From NCBI RefSeq assembly GCF_009914755.1, contig NC_060930.1: 64,000 nucleotides of DNA. One strand, 5' to 3'. Shown here one piece after another: positions 15,618-28,533 of this stretch (positions are counted from its first letter, which is position 1; every line of letters starts with the position of its first letter). Below the pieces are notes generated by a model. It saw nothing but the letters and a program-made list of their open reading frames with translations, searched no databases and was not told the DNA's origin. The stretch comes from the human T2T-CHM13v2.0 reference genome, Homo sapiens. The position numbers and the translations under genes were made by a program.

Positions 15618-17049
15618 AACTCCAGTTTATCTTTAATCAAAGCTGTGCTGACTTAAATAGTTAAGTCTAGAAGTCCGTGCATCACCATGTATCCTCTGAC
15701 TTAACTTGTCCTTTGCCTTGCCAGAGACTTTTCAGTTTCTTTGCCCCAAGTTCTCTGTGGGAAGGTATCTCCCCAAAAGGGATCTCATGGGTATTAGTGA
15801 TCAGACTATTAAACCAACTTGCAAGGGTCTGTCTTACCCTCGCACCTGTCACAGAGTTATGAGGAGGACCCATGCGAAAAACATTGTGTAGTTTTAGTAT
15901 GTTTAATTAATAAAAGAAAAGTTCTGGTTTGAATCTATGATAGCAGGCTGGGTGAGTAACGTTTTATAAGTTGGTCTTTAAGGGCTTTTATGAGGACATA
16001 ATTCACATAGACCACATCATACTCACTTCTGTTTTCTACCTGTTGGCTGATCGTCCTTTATAGCTAATCTATCTTCAAGCCTAGGAGTGAGGTTTAGAAA
16101 AAGACTTGGAACACTCAGACCACAGTAGGGAGGAGAGTTGAAAAGCTTAATCCGGCAGGTTTTTGACAGTGTATTAGTTTGTTTAGAATAAAGGTATATG
16201 GCCCTGTGAACGGTGCGTGGGAGCTGTCTTGTTCTCTCAAGTTCGGGAATTGGAAGTATCCTTATTCCCTTCATGGCTCGGGAGTATCCAAGTCAGATAG
16301 CCTCTGAAGTGCCCATTTATCTGTATTTTTAGGACCTAATGACACATGAATAGTCTGTAATATTTTGGATAAGGATTTAGGAAAGTCTAGCCCCGTTTTG
16401 AATGAACTTTCGAGCTGTATGACATGAAAAGGTTTATCTCTCAAAGCAGGGGCTTAACTCCTTCAAGGTGAGGACACCAAATTGCTGTGGTTCTGTGTTC
16501 TCAGTTGAAAGGTAGGGAAGAACATTACTTTCTGGTTTATACTGCTCTAATCTGAGATAGGATTTATTCACAATAAAGAATTGTGTTGACAGCCTGTTCA
16601 CCAACATCTTCCCCACCCCTCTGCCCTGATACAGGACCTTTTGGTAAAGGGTGAGGTGATCTTATTAGAGACAGAGGCACACACACCCCATGCTGAACAA
16701 TAGGAAGTGTTATAAGTTCACACCCACGCACTTCAGATAAACTGTTAACCGGAACCACTAAGCGGAAGCCTGAGCAGATTCTGTATTTCAGTAGTTTGCT
16801 TGGAGCATATCGAAGTTGGTGTCAGCCAGCCTGCTTCTTCATTCTGAGAATAAGTGGGATTTTTTTCCGTTCTTGAAGCAAGTGAAATAGAAAACACTGA
16901 ACAGAAGGATGCTATGTCTAAATAACTTGTGGGTTTTCTAACTCATCTAAATAAATGCCTGAGACTAGGACATTTGTTGAATGTATGGATTATCAAAAAT
17001 GTATTTTTCATTTACACCATTAGGTATTATGCAGGTTTTTAAAGAAATG

Positions 17050-18350
17050 ACCCATGAAATCCTTGTGCTGTGTTGCAGAGCTGTACCATCTTACCATACT
17101 CTAGCTTCTTACTAACTGAGATAAGATGTACAGTGATTTCCACAGATGCGGAGTCTACCATGCAACCAACCAATGCTGTCTCTTAACAAAATTATATTGT
17201 CATTTATCATGGTGGAAGGAAAGATCCTGACCAGTTCTTCATGTTGCAGAAATTAAAGGAGCAACTAAATACAACCCATAGTAAGAAGTTATAGTGTAAT
17301 TACTAGTGGGTTTGGCAGAATATAAGAAATGCATCCTCCAGAAGATCGGTAAAGTCAGATGGTGGCAGGTGAGACCCGTATTCTACTTTAAAGATTTGAA
17401 AGAGAGCCGATTTCCATGAGGCTGTACTAGAATAAAGCAACCCAGTGTTTTAATTTTGGATGCAGCAGCAGAATTGCACAGTCAGTGGGAAGCACAAGAT
17501 GAACACGATCATAGTAGTAATGTATCAGTATTTGGTTGCTACAATGTGTTCTTTTAATTTCTCACTAAAGTTAATGACACCACCAAGAATTCTTGATGAG
17601 TAGAAGAATTAATTCAATTGCTAATTGCTGAAAACCATGAACTATGTATTGATTTTGTAGCACCATCCCATGGGAGTAACTTGATCATGATAGAGTTATT
17701 TGCAAAGTGACTGGAAGCATTCCTCATTTCTTCTCAGAATTCAACAAGAACCACAACCAGTTTAATTCACACGGACCTAAGAATAGGTCTGTCTTACCCT
17801 TGCCACTGTCACAGAGTTTATGAAGAGGGCCCAAGTACTTGCCACTAAACACCTCATGATCTCCATGTATTGAGGATGATTGGCCAAGAAAATTATCCAA
17901 ATTTCCATGGTTTCACATGTCTTTTCACATTAATTATAAAAAGCCAATCTTCTTGAATTACTAATCAAAGAATATAATTTAGGACATTGCCCTCTATATA
18001 GTGAGTACTCTTTTTTTTTTTTAACCTCATTTGGTACATTCAAGCTATCTCTAATTTACCTGCGAACTTGTAAGACAAATAAATGTATATTCTAGACAGT
18101 GCTCTCTCTTTAGCTCCTTCTTTCTTCACTTTTGCCCAGAGTCAGCTAACGTAGGAAAATTGGAAGGATAGAATGGATCTGAGGCATTAAAACCGAAATC
18201 AAGTAGTGTCTGTCATTCAGACTCCAGATTTGCTATCTTGACTAATCATGTCAATATTCCATCTCAGATAACTAAATCCATCTTAGGTTAGTTGGCTTTT
18301 TAGCTGTAATGATGTGAAAGGAAGGAATAATTTTTCTATGGCCACTACAA
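17050..18350 (+). mobile_element. Decayed piggyBac-family DNA transposon / transposase pseudogene
   Basis: Collinear piggyBac-like motifs across frameshifts and stops: ATNQ, PVLHVAEIK, KK..NY*, IRNASSR, WQVRPVF, VLILD, NHELCID, KNRSVLP..L*RG, LIKEYN, WY..YIL. Manual translation only; ends approximate. Confidence 0.6.
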
Positions 18351-18974
18351 CTTTTGAAACATGGAATTTCTGAATATTTCTATATCTATTAGTATTACTA
18401 ATACTGGAGATAATGCAGTATTATTTGAAAAGGGGTGAATGGTTTGTTTGCCAGAATTGGTTGTGGTTCAGAGTTAGTGTTCTTGTTCTTTTTCTATAGT
18501 TGTATACTGTAGTAATGTAGAAAGGAATTATCCCCAAGGAATTTTAACCTCAATAAAGGATTAATGTGGGAATCCTATTCACCTCATGTTTATTCTCTAC
18601 CATCCCAACACAAAAGTAGTAGAGTATAATTTACGCAATTGCATCTGATCAGTAGTTGATCTGATTTGTTGGTTTGTTTCTGATCCGAAAGAGTTGGAAA
18701 AATAAAACTACAAGTAATCATTTATCTAAACATTTACCTGCTAAATGTACTTACCATTTAAGTCTTAGACTTTTGCCTGCATTAAGTGCTAAGGAACCCA
18801 GCGCATTCTTACATATAGATAGGAGAGAGCATAAAGCAACTTCTGTTACTGACATTTATTTATGAAGCCTTCCCCTTTAAATATGGAAGAATGTGAGATT
18901 TCTATGTCAGTGCTGTTGTTATTAAATACTCATCTGTATTGGCTTTTTCAGCAAGTATTCCTCCTGAGTGGTTC

Positions 18975-19266
18975 TTTTTTTTTTTTTTTTTTTTTTTTTT
19001 GAGACGGAGTCTTGCTCTGTCACCCAGGCTGGAGTACAGTGGCGCAATCTCTGCCTCCCGGGTTCAAGTGATTCTCCTGCCTCAGCCTCCTGAGTGGCTG
19101 AGATTACAGGTGTACGCCACCACGCCTGGCTAATTTTTATGTACTTTTAGTAGAGACGGGGTTTCACCATATTGACCAGGCTGGCCTCAAACTCCTGACC
19201 TCGTGATCCACCCACCTCAGCCTCCCAAAGTGCTGGGATTACAGGTGTGAGCCACTGCACCCGGCC
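18975..19266 (-). mobile_element. Alu with a short internal deletion
   Basis: Long T tail, antisense Alu body ending ccggcc. Confidence 0.95.
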
Positions 19267-19307
19267 TTCCTGAATGTTTCTTTACTCACTCATATTATCA
19301 TTTAGAA

Positions 19308-19520
19308 CAGGGATCACAAACTACAGCCTAAGGACCAAATTCAGACAACCACCTGTTTTGGCAAATAAAGTTTTATTTATGCTATTTTGTTTTCATATTG
19401 TCTGTGGCTACTTTTGAACTACAACAGCTGAGGTGAGTAGTTGGAACAGAAAACATATGGCCTGTGAAACCTAAAATGTTTACTATCTGGCAGTTTACAG
19501 AGAAAGTTTGTCTAATCCTC
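19308..19520 (+). mobile_element. MER58A-like hAT-Charlie element
   Basis: cagggatcacaaactacagcc...aaataaagttttatt...aaaatgtttactatctggc...agaaagtttg; 8-bp TSD atttagaa/atctagaa. Confidence 0.85.
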
Positions 19521-19624
19521 ATCTAGAATAATAAGATAAAACTACATGATTACAGATGAGTTACAAAGATCTAATTATCTATTAATCTGAGCTTGGTTCC
19601 TGGAATCATTAGCCATACTTTTTT

Positions 19625-19745
19625 TTTTCAACAAATACTTATTGAATGGTTACTATATGCCTGGTTCAAGAGATATAATATAGCGGGGAACCAAACAGTC
19701 TGAATTTTCTGTCTGTATGGAATGTACATTGTAGTCAGTTGAGAC
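19625..19745 (-). mobile_element. L2 3' fragment
   Basis: caacaaatacttattgaatggttactatatgcctgg. Confidence 0.65.
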
Positions 19746-20197
19746 AATGAACGGAATTAAATTAAGAACTATGGAAAGTGTTAATACTGTGTCCAGTTGT
19801 AAAAAATCGTAGAACGTGGCACTTGTTAGTACTGACTGCCCCACCATCTTGTTCTATGAAGTATGCTGAGCTATAATATATTCATGTCTCAGTCCATCCA
19901 CTGTACATTATACATTACTGGATGTGTGCTAATTTACCAAAATACACATATTAGCCTCTTTTTCCCAATTGTGTTATATACTAAAATCCCAGAGTTATGT
20001 TACTTGAATATTTAATTTGGTACTTATCTTGATTTAGTTCTTAAAAGCTATTTTTAATTGGATAAAATTCTCCCAAAACTTCTCCTAGTGTAAGATTCTA
20101 AAGAAAATATTAGCAAACAGAATCCAACAGTACATTAAGAAAATAATGTATCATAAGTGGCATTTATTCCAGAAATGCAAAGTTGGTTCAATATTAA

Positions 20198-20504
<307 letters not shown>

Positions 20505-21967
20505 TAACAACTCTGTTATTAATATATACCATAAACATACATCTGGTGGGGGGAAATCCTCTCTGTAACAAAACTCAACACCCAGTTATGATAAAAACAC
20601 TCAAGGAAGTAGCAATGGAGAGATACAATCTCAACATGGTAAAATGTATATGCTTTAGTTTCACTTATGGACTAGGGAAGCTCTAGAGGCATTTCCACTA
20701 AGATCACAAATGAGGCAAGGATCATCACTATCTTCACTACTGTTCAGTAATGTACTACAGATATTAGCCAATGTAGTTAGGCAAGAGAACTCAATTAAAG
20801 GCATAAGGATGAGTGTAGGAGAAATAAAACTGTCTATTTACGGATGATATAATAGTAAGCCTGGAAAACCCCGGAGAATCAATGACAAATTAGCAGTGGA
20901 AGAATTCATTTAATGCGGTAGTGAGACATAAAATTAACATACAAAAAGCAGTAGTCTTTCTATACACAAACAATAAACAGTTAAAAGACATATAATGGTG
21001 AAGAGAATCCCATTTACAGTAGCAACAAGGAAGACTACGTGCTTAGGAATAAACTTAACATAAAATATACAAACCCTCTAGGTACCTGAAAGAAACTAAA
21101 GAAGACTTAAGCAAATGAAAGATGTCTCTTGTTCTTGGGTGGGATGAACTCAGCAGTCATGAGTTCTCCTTGACTGATTATTTCAGTCCAATTGCTGTGA
21201 AAATATTAGTGAGCTATTTTATATGGTTGGACAGGTTGATACTAAAGTTCATATAGAAAAACATGCAAGAAAACTTAGAAAACACTGAAAAAGAAAAGGT
21301 GAGGAGCACTATTCTTACTGGACACTAAAACATGGTATAAAAATACTGGAACTGAAAATAGTGTGTGCTAGCCAGTGGAACAGAAGAGGAAGTCCAGAGT
21401 TAGACCAAATACATGTGAACATGTATTAAATGACAAAGATGATATTTCAAGTCACTGGGCTAAGAATGGATTTTTAAATAAATTGTGTTGGAATACTTGG
21501 GGAGCCACGTGCAAAGAGATTAAGTTAGATCCATCCTCACATCAAATAAACTCAAGGGAGATGGAAAAAAAACATGTATGTACTCGAAGAAAACTAGGGT
21601 GAATTCCTCTTTAACCTTGGTGTAGAGAGAATAGCTTCCTAACTGTGACTCAGAATCCAGAGGCAATAAAAATAAAGACTGATAAATTTGACAACATTAA
21701 AAAAAATTTCCGCTACAAAAGACACCGTAAGCAAAACTAAAAGACAACTGACAAACTAGGAGAAGATATTCACAATATATACCACAGACAAAGGGCTAAT
21801 ATCTCTAATATATGAAGAACCCTTAAAAATTCCAGGGCAAAGGATTAAGAACGTAAGCAGAAAAATAGGAGAAAGACTTGAACAAACAATTCACAAGGAA
21901 AGATATTAAAATGGCCCTAAAATCTGAAAAAGTAGTCAAACTCATTCAGAATCAGTAAGACTGGTAA

Positions 21968-22269
<302 letters not shown>

Positions 22270-22589
22270 AAGACTGGTAAAATTTTTTTAAACAGCAATA
22301 CATTCTATTAGTGAGGTTATGGAGAGACAGGCCTTTCAAACATTGCTTGTAGCAATGTAAATTGGTACAAAGTTTCTAGAAGGAAATTTGGAATTGTGTA
22401 ACCTTTAGACCCAACAATCCCACTTCAGGGAATTTTCCCTGAACATAGACCCCAGCAATACAAAAATACATCCACAAAAGACTGGAAACTGTCTAAATGC
22501 CCATACACAGGAGAGTGTTGAGTAAACTATGGAGCACTCACATAAAGGGGTGCTGGGGAGCCCAGGACAGTGTGTCCAGGACAGCGTGA

Positions 22590-23157
22590 AAAAAAGGAAA
22601 GCCCAAAGGGTGTGCCACAAACTTACCAGCTTAAAACAAGGCACATTCATTATCTCTGTTCCCCTGGCAGAGAGTTCAGGCACCTCTTAGCTGCTCAGGA
22701 CTTACAAGGCTGCAGTCAAGATGTTGGGCAGCCTGCATCCTCATCTGGAGGCTCGACTAGGGAACAATCTACTTCCAGTTTCATTCGGATTGTGGCAGCT
22801 TCATCTCCTAGCAGTTGCTGGAGTGAGGTCCTGAGATTCTGGAGGCCTCTCGTTCTTGCCTTAGTCTCAGTTCACATCAGAGAAGCCTATTTCCTAGAAG
22901 GCCTGAACCCTGTTGAAATGTCAGGCCCATACAGGATCATCTCTCTCCATTTTGATTATTTCAGAGTCAGCTGATTAGGGAGTTTAATTATATCTGCAAA
23001 ATCCTTTCACATTTGCCATCTGACATAGTTGCAGGAGTGACAGCCCATCACTTTCTTCACATTCTTTGGATAGAATTACAGGTTCTGCTCAGTGGAGAGG
23101 AGGGGATTACTCACCGGTGTTACTCATTGGAGGTTACTCGAGGGTGTGTCTGCCACA
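22590..23157 (-). mobile_element. MLT1-type MaLR solo LTR
   Basis: ccacaaacttaccagcttaaaacaa...caaggctgcagtcaagatgttgg...tcatctggaggctcgactaggg; ends ctgccaca (reverse of the TGTGGCAG start). Confidence 0.8.
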
Positions 23158-26100
23158 GTGAGTGAAGAGAAATAGTCTAATAAATAAAAAACCAAGTGAG
23201 GAAGAAGATGGCTCTTCTCACAATGGAATTCCAGTAACTAAATGTGGAAGAAAAAGGGGAAATATAGAATCACCGTTAGCCGATACCACTGTAATAAATG
23301 TAAACAAGATCTTCTAAAGGATCCAGAAATTCGTGAGTGCAGGTTTGAGGAGGCATAGGATTTGCATAGTCTCAAATATCTTCCAAAAAATACTTAACCA
23401 ACTACAATGGGAAAATAGATTGTACTGAGAAGGGTATGACATTTTTGTGGTACACTTCCCCAAATTCATAACCTCATTTTAGGGATAAAAAATATAATCA
23501 GAGCAAATAAAATTTGGCAACATTCTACAAAATAACTGAACAGTACTGTTCAAAGGTGTCAAGGTCACAAAATAGAAGGAAAGACTAAAGTACCTACCAG
23601 CTGGAGGAGGCTAAGGGAAAGTCACTAAATGAAATGTGGGATGATCCCAGAAAAAAGACATGACGCGGAAAAATGGGTGTAATTCAAATGAGGTCTTTAG
23701 GTAAGCTTCTCTTCTCGGTAATTGTATTATGGTTATATAAGATGTTAACATTGGAGGAGGTGGGCTAAAGGATATAAGGGAACTCCTTGCACTATTTTTA
23801 CAAGTTTTCTGTAAGTCTAAAATTAATTAAAAATAAAAATACGTTTTTAAGAAAATGATAGCATAGACTTAGGCTGATAATTTTATTTCAGTAAAAGTAG
23901 AAATGCAGGTGACAGTTCTGCACCTAAATTGTGCACGTGGCTGTGTGTGTTATCATTGGAGAATACAGAAGTGTGCAATGATGGAACTTACTCTAATTCA
24001 TAGTATAGTGTTTTCCAGTTGTATTTTTTTCCATTATGCTTACATCATAATAGACATTGCTGAGGAAAGAACACGGGGGCTCTCTTTATTTATTTTTTTA
24101 AGCTATTTTAATGTTAAAGTGCCTTCATAAAGTGGGTTGGTTCACTGTGCCCAGCAGTATGCGCTTTAAAAATTATTACCACACTTTGTTTAAGAGGTTT
24201 TACTTGTGACCAACACATGTCATATAAAAATCTGTAATTTTGAAGGTGTTTATTGAATTCGGTTGGTTCGGAGGGCTCTGAATTTTCTTCTTTACATGGG
24301 CCAAGGACACAAATGAGTCTTCTGTTATCACTTTCTCAAATGCATTTTCTGAGTCATCATCTGCTGTGACGATGTTTAAACTATGCCTGTGGAAGATCAA
24401 GTTGTTTCTTAGTTACTGTAGTTACTGAATCATAGTAACTATGACTTAGTAGTTATGAAACTATGGTAGAAAGATAGGGAGTAAAGGAAAATGAATAAGA
24501 TGGTTTGGGTGGATCTGTATCATGATAAAGCTCTTGTATCTTTAACAGAATGAATTTGGTATGTGAATATTCTCATTGCTTTAAAGAGACATCTGTCTTA
24601 GAATTGTGCCACACAACCAGAAGTGCTGCTTGGCTGTGGCGGTATTTTATGAATCATGGGATGCATTACTTACAGCCTTTTTTATTTCTACTTGAAATAT
24701 TGTGCATAAGAGCAGTGCCTCGGGCGTGCACTGTCTAAGCCACGGTGCCCTGTGTTCACATAGAATTACTGTTTGTTTTTACTGTCATGAGTCTATGAAT
24801 CCAGCCTGTCATGCAGAAGTGATCCTGATAATGTAAGCACTTACTGTCTTGCTGCAGCTGATTCCCCAGTGACATTTTAAAAAGTCAGTATTTGGCTGCA
24901 GAGTGCTTTAAATTTCTAAATGGACTATAGATTGGAGGCCTTAGGGTATTTCATAGGAAGCACATGACCCTGCAGTGAGCACACAGCAACTTTTGTAGAT
25001 CTGTAGCCAAGTCGGTGACCAGTATTTACCCTTGAAATTGTTTTGGTTCAGAATGTTAGGTGTTTTTTACTTTACATTTAATTATTTGGTACTAGTACTA
25101 ATTTACTACAAATGTCTGAAACCAAATGGATACTTAACGAAGTCTATGCTGTTTGTCCAGGTCTTTTATCCCGACTAGTTATGGTTCTAATGTAAAAAGC
25201 AGCTTCTAGTGGTGACACAGTGCATATTTCTCAGTGTCTATAAATTCAGGTCTTTGGTTTTCACTTAATCTGAAAATGAGAGTGGCAGTTACACACTCAG
25301 GAACACTCAGAAATACATAAACAAGTTTTGCATTCTTCTCTAAACAAAGCCTAAACCCCTGAAAACAATTGTTTTATAGTAATATTTTAACAGCTATTTA
25401 TACGTGTTATCTAAACTGAAAATCATATTCCTGATCCTCTGACTGCCACAGATACCCCGTGATTAGACTTAGTAAGGAGTGACCGTCCTGAGAGATTCTG
25501 GGACCGTGTCCTGCCTGGCCACATGGGTAACAGACCCATCTTGTAGAACCACAAGAGGGTTGGTTGTTGTACATCGTCAAATACCAGGCTTTGTGCTGAA
25601 TGTGCCCTGACCTTCACGGGGGGCGAATTGGTGATGATCTTTAGGACACTAATTTTTTTCTTTATTATTTGTAATTCTTTTGAGCAATATGCCTGACTAT
25701 GAAGCAGTGGGTCTGACGGAGTCAGAGCGGTTAGCCTGATCCAGCCGGGGTCCCAGGACCACCGCCCCAGAGGACTATGCAATGTTCTTTATGTGTGTGT
25801 GTGAGTGTATTTGTGTTTCCAATTTATTGAAGCAAAGAGGGAGGGTAGAAGATAAAATAGCATGGTCCTCATGTCACGAGAGCTAGTTAGTGCCTTGAGG
25901 ACTGTGCTAAATTCAGCTGCTTTTTAAATTCCGTTACATTTTTAGTCTTAGAAATGCATTTAAACCTCTCAGCCAAAAAGTGAGTTGAGATCATCAGCTA
26001 CCTCTGATGATTTTTAAATTTCAAAATCTCATCTCCTGCCTTCACATGACTCATTATCTCTCTTTTATCAGTATAGTAAGAAGTATCTTCCTTTAAATAA

Positions 26101-26841
26101 TATTCTCAGATTATGACTTATTAAGTATTTGCTATGTTCAGAGAGGGATTGAAGGAATACAGATAAGATTCCTGTCTTAAGGAGTTTACATTATATTTGG
26201 AAAAGACAAACTGAGCATACACTTAAAACTGGAAATTAAATAGATGCTATTGCTGTATTAGCAATAAAGATCAAAAGAGATGCAGAATAATAGTCCCTTC
26301 TTTAGTGATCATGTATACTGCATTTTATAGTAGTATGTTTTTTGTTTCTTAATGGAGGTCTTCTAAGTTTATGTTAAATCTCTGACTGACTAATGATGAA
26401 GATGTTTTAGAAGTCTATTGATATTACTGTACTGATTGGATATTACCATGAGTAATTGTTGGCCACTCTGCATGCCTGCCCACCTGGAGACTCACGTAAG
26501 AGTCAGGAGGATGAGTTTGGCCCAGCTCTCCTACGTTTTCTTAAATGCATTGCAGAAGTGTGTGTCAAGAAATTTCAGCTACAGATTGATTCATATATGA
26601 GTTTAGGAACTCATTCAGTAACAACTTTTCAGCAAGTGTTTAGCTAAATATGTTTATTCATGTTTCCTCTTTGTTTCCCAGGGAAAAGATGAACTATTAC
26701 ACTCTGAGCTATGTCTTTTTTTAATGGGGCTATACCTTTTGTGATCATAAAAATTAAATGTGGCTGTGTCTTGGTTTTGCATGACTGCATTATTAATGCA
26801 AAGGGTTCCCCCATCTCCACTTTCCCTCCTGTGTTTTACAG

Positions 26842-26931
26842 GTAGTCAGATGCCTCCGCAGCCACCCGGGAGCCAGTCAGAATCCAGTTCCCATCCCGCC
26901 TTGAGCCAGTCACCAATGCCACAGGAAAGAG
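26842..26931 (+). CDS. ARID1B: ARID1B internal coding exon, 90 nt, phase 1 to 1 ([30 protein letters not shown])
   Basis: Acceptor tttccctcctgtgttttacAG at 26840-26841; donor GAG|GTTCGT at 26932; open frame matches ARID1B and continues the previous exon. Confidence 0.96.
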
Positions 26932-27379
26932 GTTCGTCTCCAGTTCATGTCTTACATGCCTATAGTGCTTTCAGGCGATAAGGCGTACGTGAGTTTGCTT
27001 ACCTATGCACCTCCTTATCATTAATTTTTTTAAAGGATATTATGTTTTCTTATCAGACGGAAGAAATAAAAGCCCTTCCAACAAATATGGAGAGGAGGGA
27101 GGATGCTTTCTTGTAGGTTGGGTGAAGTGTGGTCAAAGTACAGTTCAAGGCCCAAAGAATGTGTGTGTCCACATAGCACCATGAAGCATGGTTCACATAT
27201 GACTGTAGTCTGGTATTTGGTCTAGCTGTGTAAAAATAACTGTGAATGACTCAACTAGGGTATCAGTCCCAATGTGTGTGTGTGGCGGTTGGCGGTGGGG
27301 GGTTGTGTGTGTTAATACTGGTTATTCCCTGATATTTAATAGTAAGATTTTAAACCCAGAGCAAGACCCTGTCTTAATA

Positions 27380-27510
27380 AATGGTAAGATCTTAGAACTG
27401 GAGCAGACCTAAAAGTTTCTATGGCCCAGTCACCTAAAGCAACTGGGGAGTGTAGCGGTTAGGTGTGACTTCCCTTATTCTCAGGAGCTAGTTAGTGCCA
27501 GTCCCAGAAA
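27380..27510 (-). mobile_element. MIR/MIR3 fragment
   Basis: atcttagaactggagcagacct...gtgacttccc...gctagttagtg. Confidence 0.55.
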
Positions 27511-28204
27511 AAAAGAATATGGGCTTTTCCAGAAACCTTTGGAGAGAAGTGGCCCCACATCTGCCAGTGCTCTTGACCTTTAGCTCAGTCCTGCCTGTCA
27601 TCCCTGCCGTGCATTTCTTAACTGCCTTGCAGAGACCTTAAGCCCACCCATATTTACCTCTGTCTTCATTATCCCTTGGAGTAGGAAAGCTACTCTTGGT
27701 GGTGGTGGTGGTTTTAATCCAGATTGGTGTATTCTGGAGGTACAAGAAGCCTACCTGTGCACCCCTGGTGCGGTGGCAGGTCACTTCCCTTGCTGTGGGG
27801 CAAGGCTTGTCTGCTCCATCCCACAACAAACGAGAGAGATACCGCTGTCCTGCACTCCCCTCCTCTCTCACACAGGCCCAGAGGCCAGAAGTTCCTACCT
27901 TGGCAGCTAATATGTACTGGGCTCCTGACCCCTACTGTTTATAATTATTTGTATATGAGTTGTAGAGATGATGATTTGCTTCTGATTAGAATTATGAGGT
28001 TTAAGTTATTTTACATGTTACAAACTCAGCAACATGTTTAGAAACTAATGTCAATGAAAAGATAGATTTGCTTTCTCTACATATCATTTGTGTTGAATGT
28101 TTCAGAGGGATAAAATGAATTTTTCATTTTCTAATACCATTACATATATATATTATAATTTAAGGTATAGTCGATAATATAATGTTTTAATAATGGAATA
28201 GTTC

Positions 28205-28389
28205 ATGGTTTTTAAACTTCACAGTGTGTGAGAATCACCTGGAGGACTTGTTAAAAGAGATTCCTGGGCCCCACCCCCAAGTTTCCAATTCAGAAGGTTT
28301 GAATTGGGACGTTTTAAACCTCCATTTTTGGCAAGTTCTCAGATACTGCTGATGCCAGTGGTTTGAGGACCATACCTTGAGAACCACTG
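28205..28389. mobile_element. MER5A (hAT-Charlie)
   Basis: agaatcacctggaggacttgttaaaa...gggccccacccc...ggaccataccttgagaaccactg. Confidence 0.85.
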
Positions 28390-28416
28390 CCTTCTAATAG
28401 TACAATAATAGGTTTT

Positions 28417-28533
28417 TGAGGTGGGAGAATCACCTGAGCCCATGGAGGTCGAGGTTGCAATGAGCTGTGATCACACCACTGCACTCCACCCTGAGCAACA
28501 GAGAGTGAGACCCTGTCTCAAAAAAATAAAAAT
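28417..28533 (+). mobile_element. Alu right-arm fragment (AluJ/FRAM-like)
   Basis: tgaggtgggagaatcacctgagccc...gagaccctgtctcaaaaaa. Confidence 0.85.

Noticed and set aside
17761-17790. LIHTDLR resembling a kinase catalytic loop
   Set aside because: No following KPEN/DFG or other kinase subdomains in order.
17560-17880. Resemblance of IDFV..PW, TTTSLI and CLTLATV to bornavirus nucleoprotein (EBLN-like)
   Set aside because: Only scattered residues match and the N-terminal half does not; the piggyBac reading explains more motifs, in order, over 1.3 kb.
26838-26847. CAG|GTAGTC at the exon start as a recursive splice site
   Set aside because: The regenerated donor is weak, and the GT is explained by the split Gly codon.
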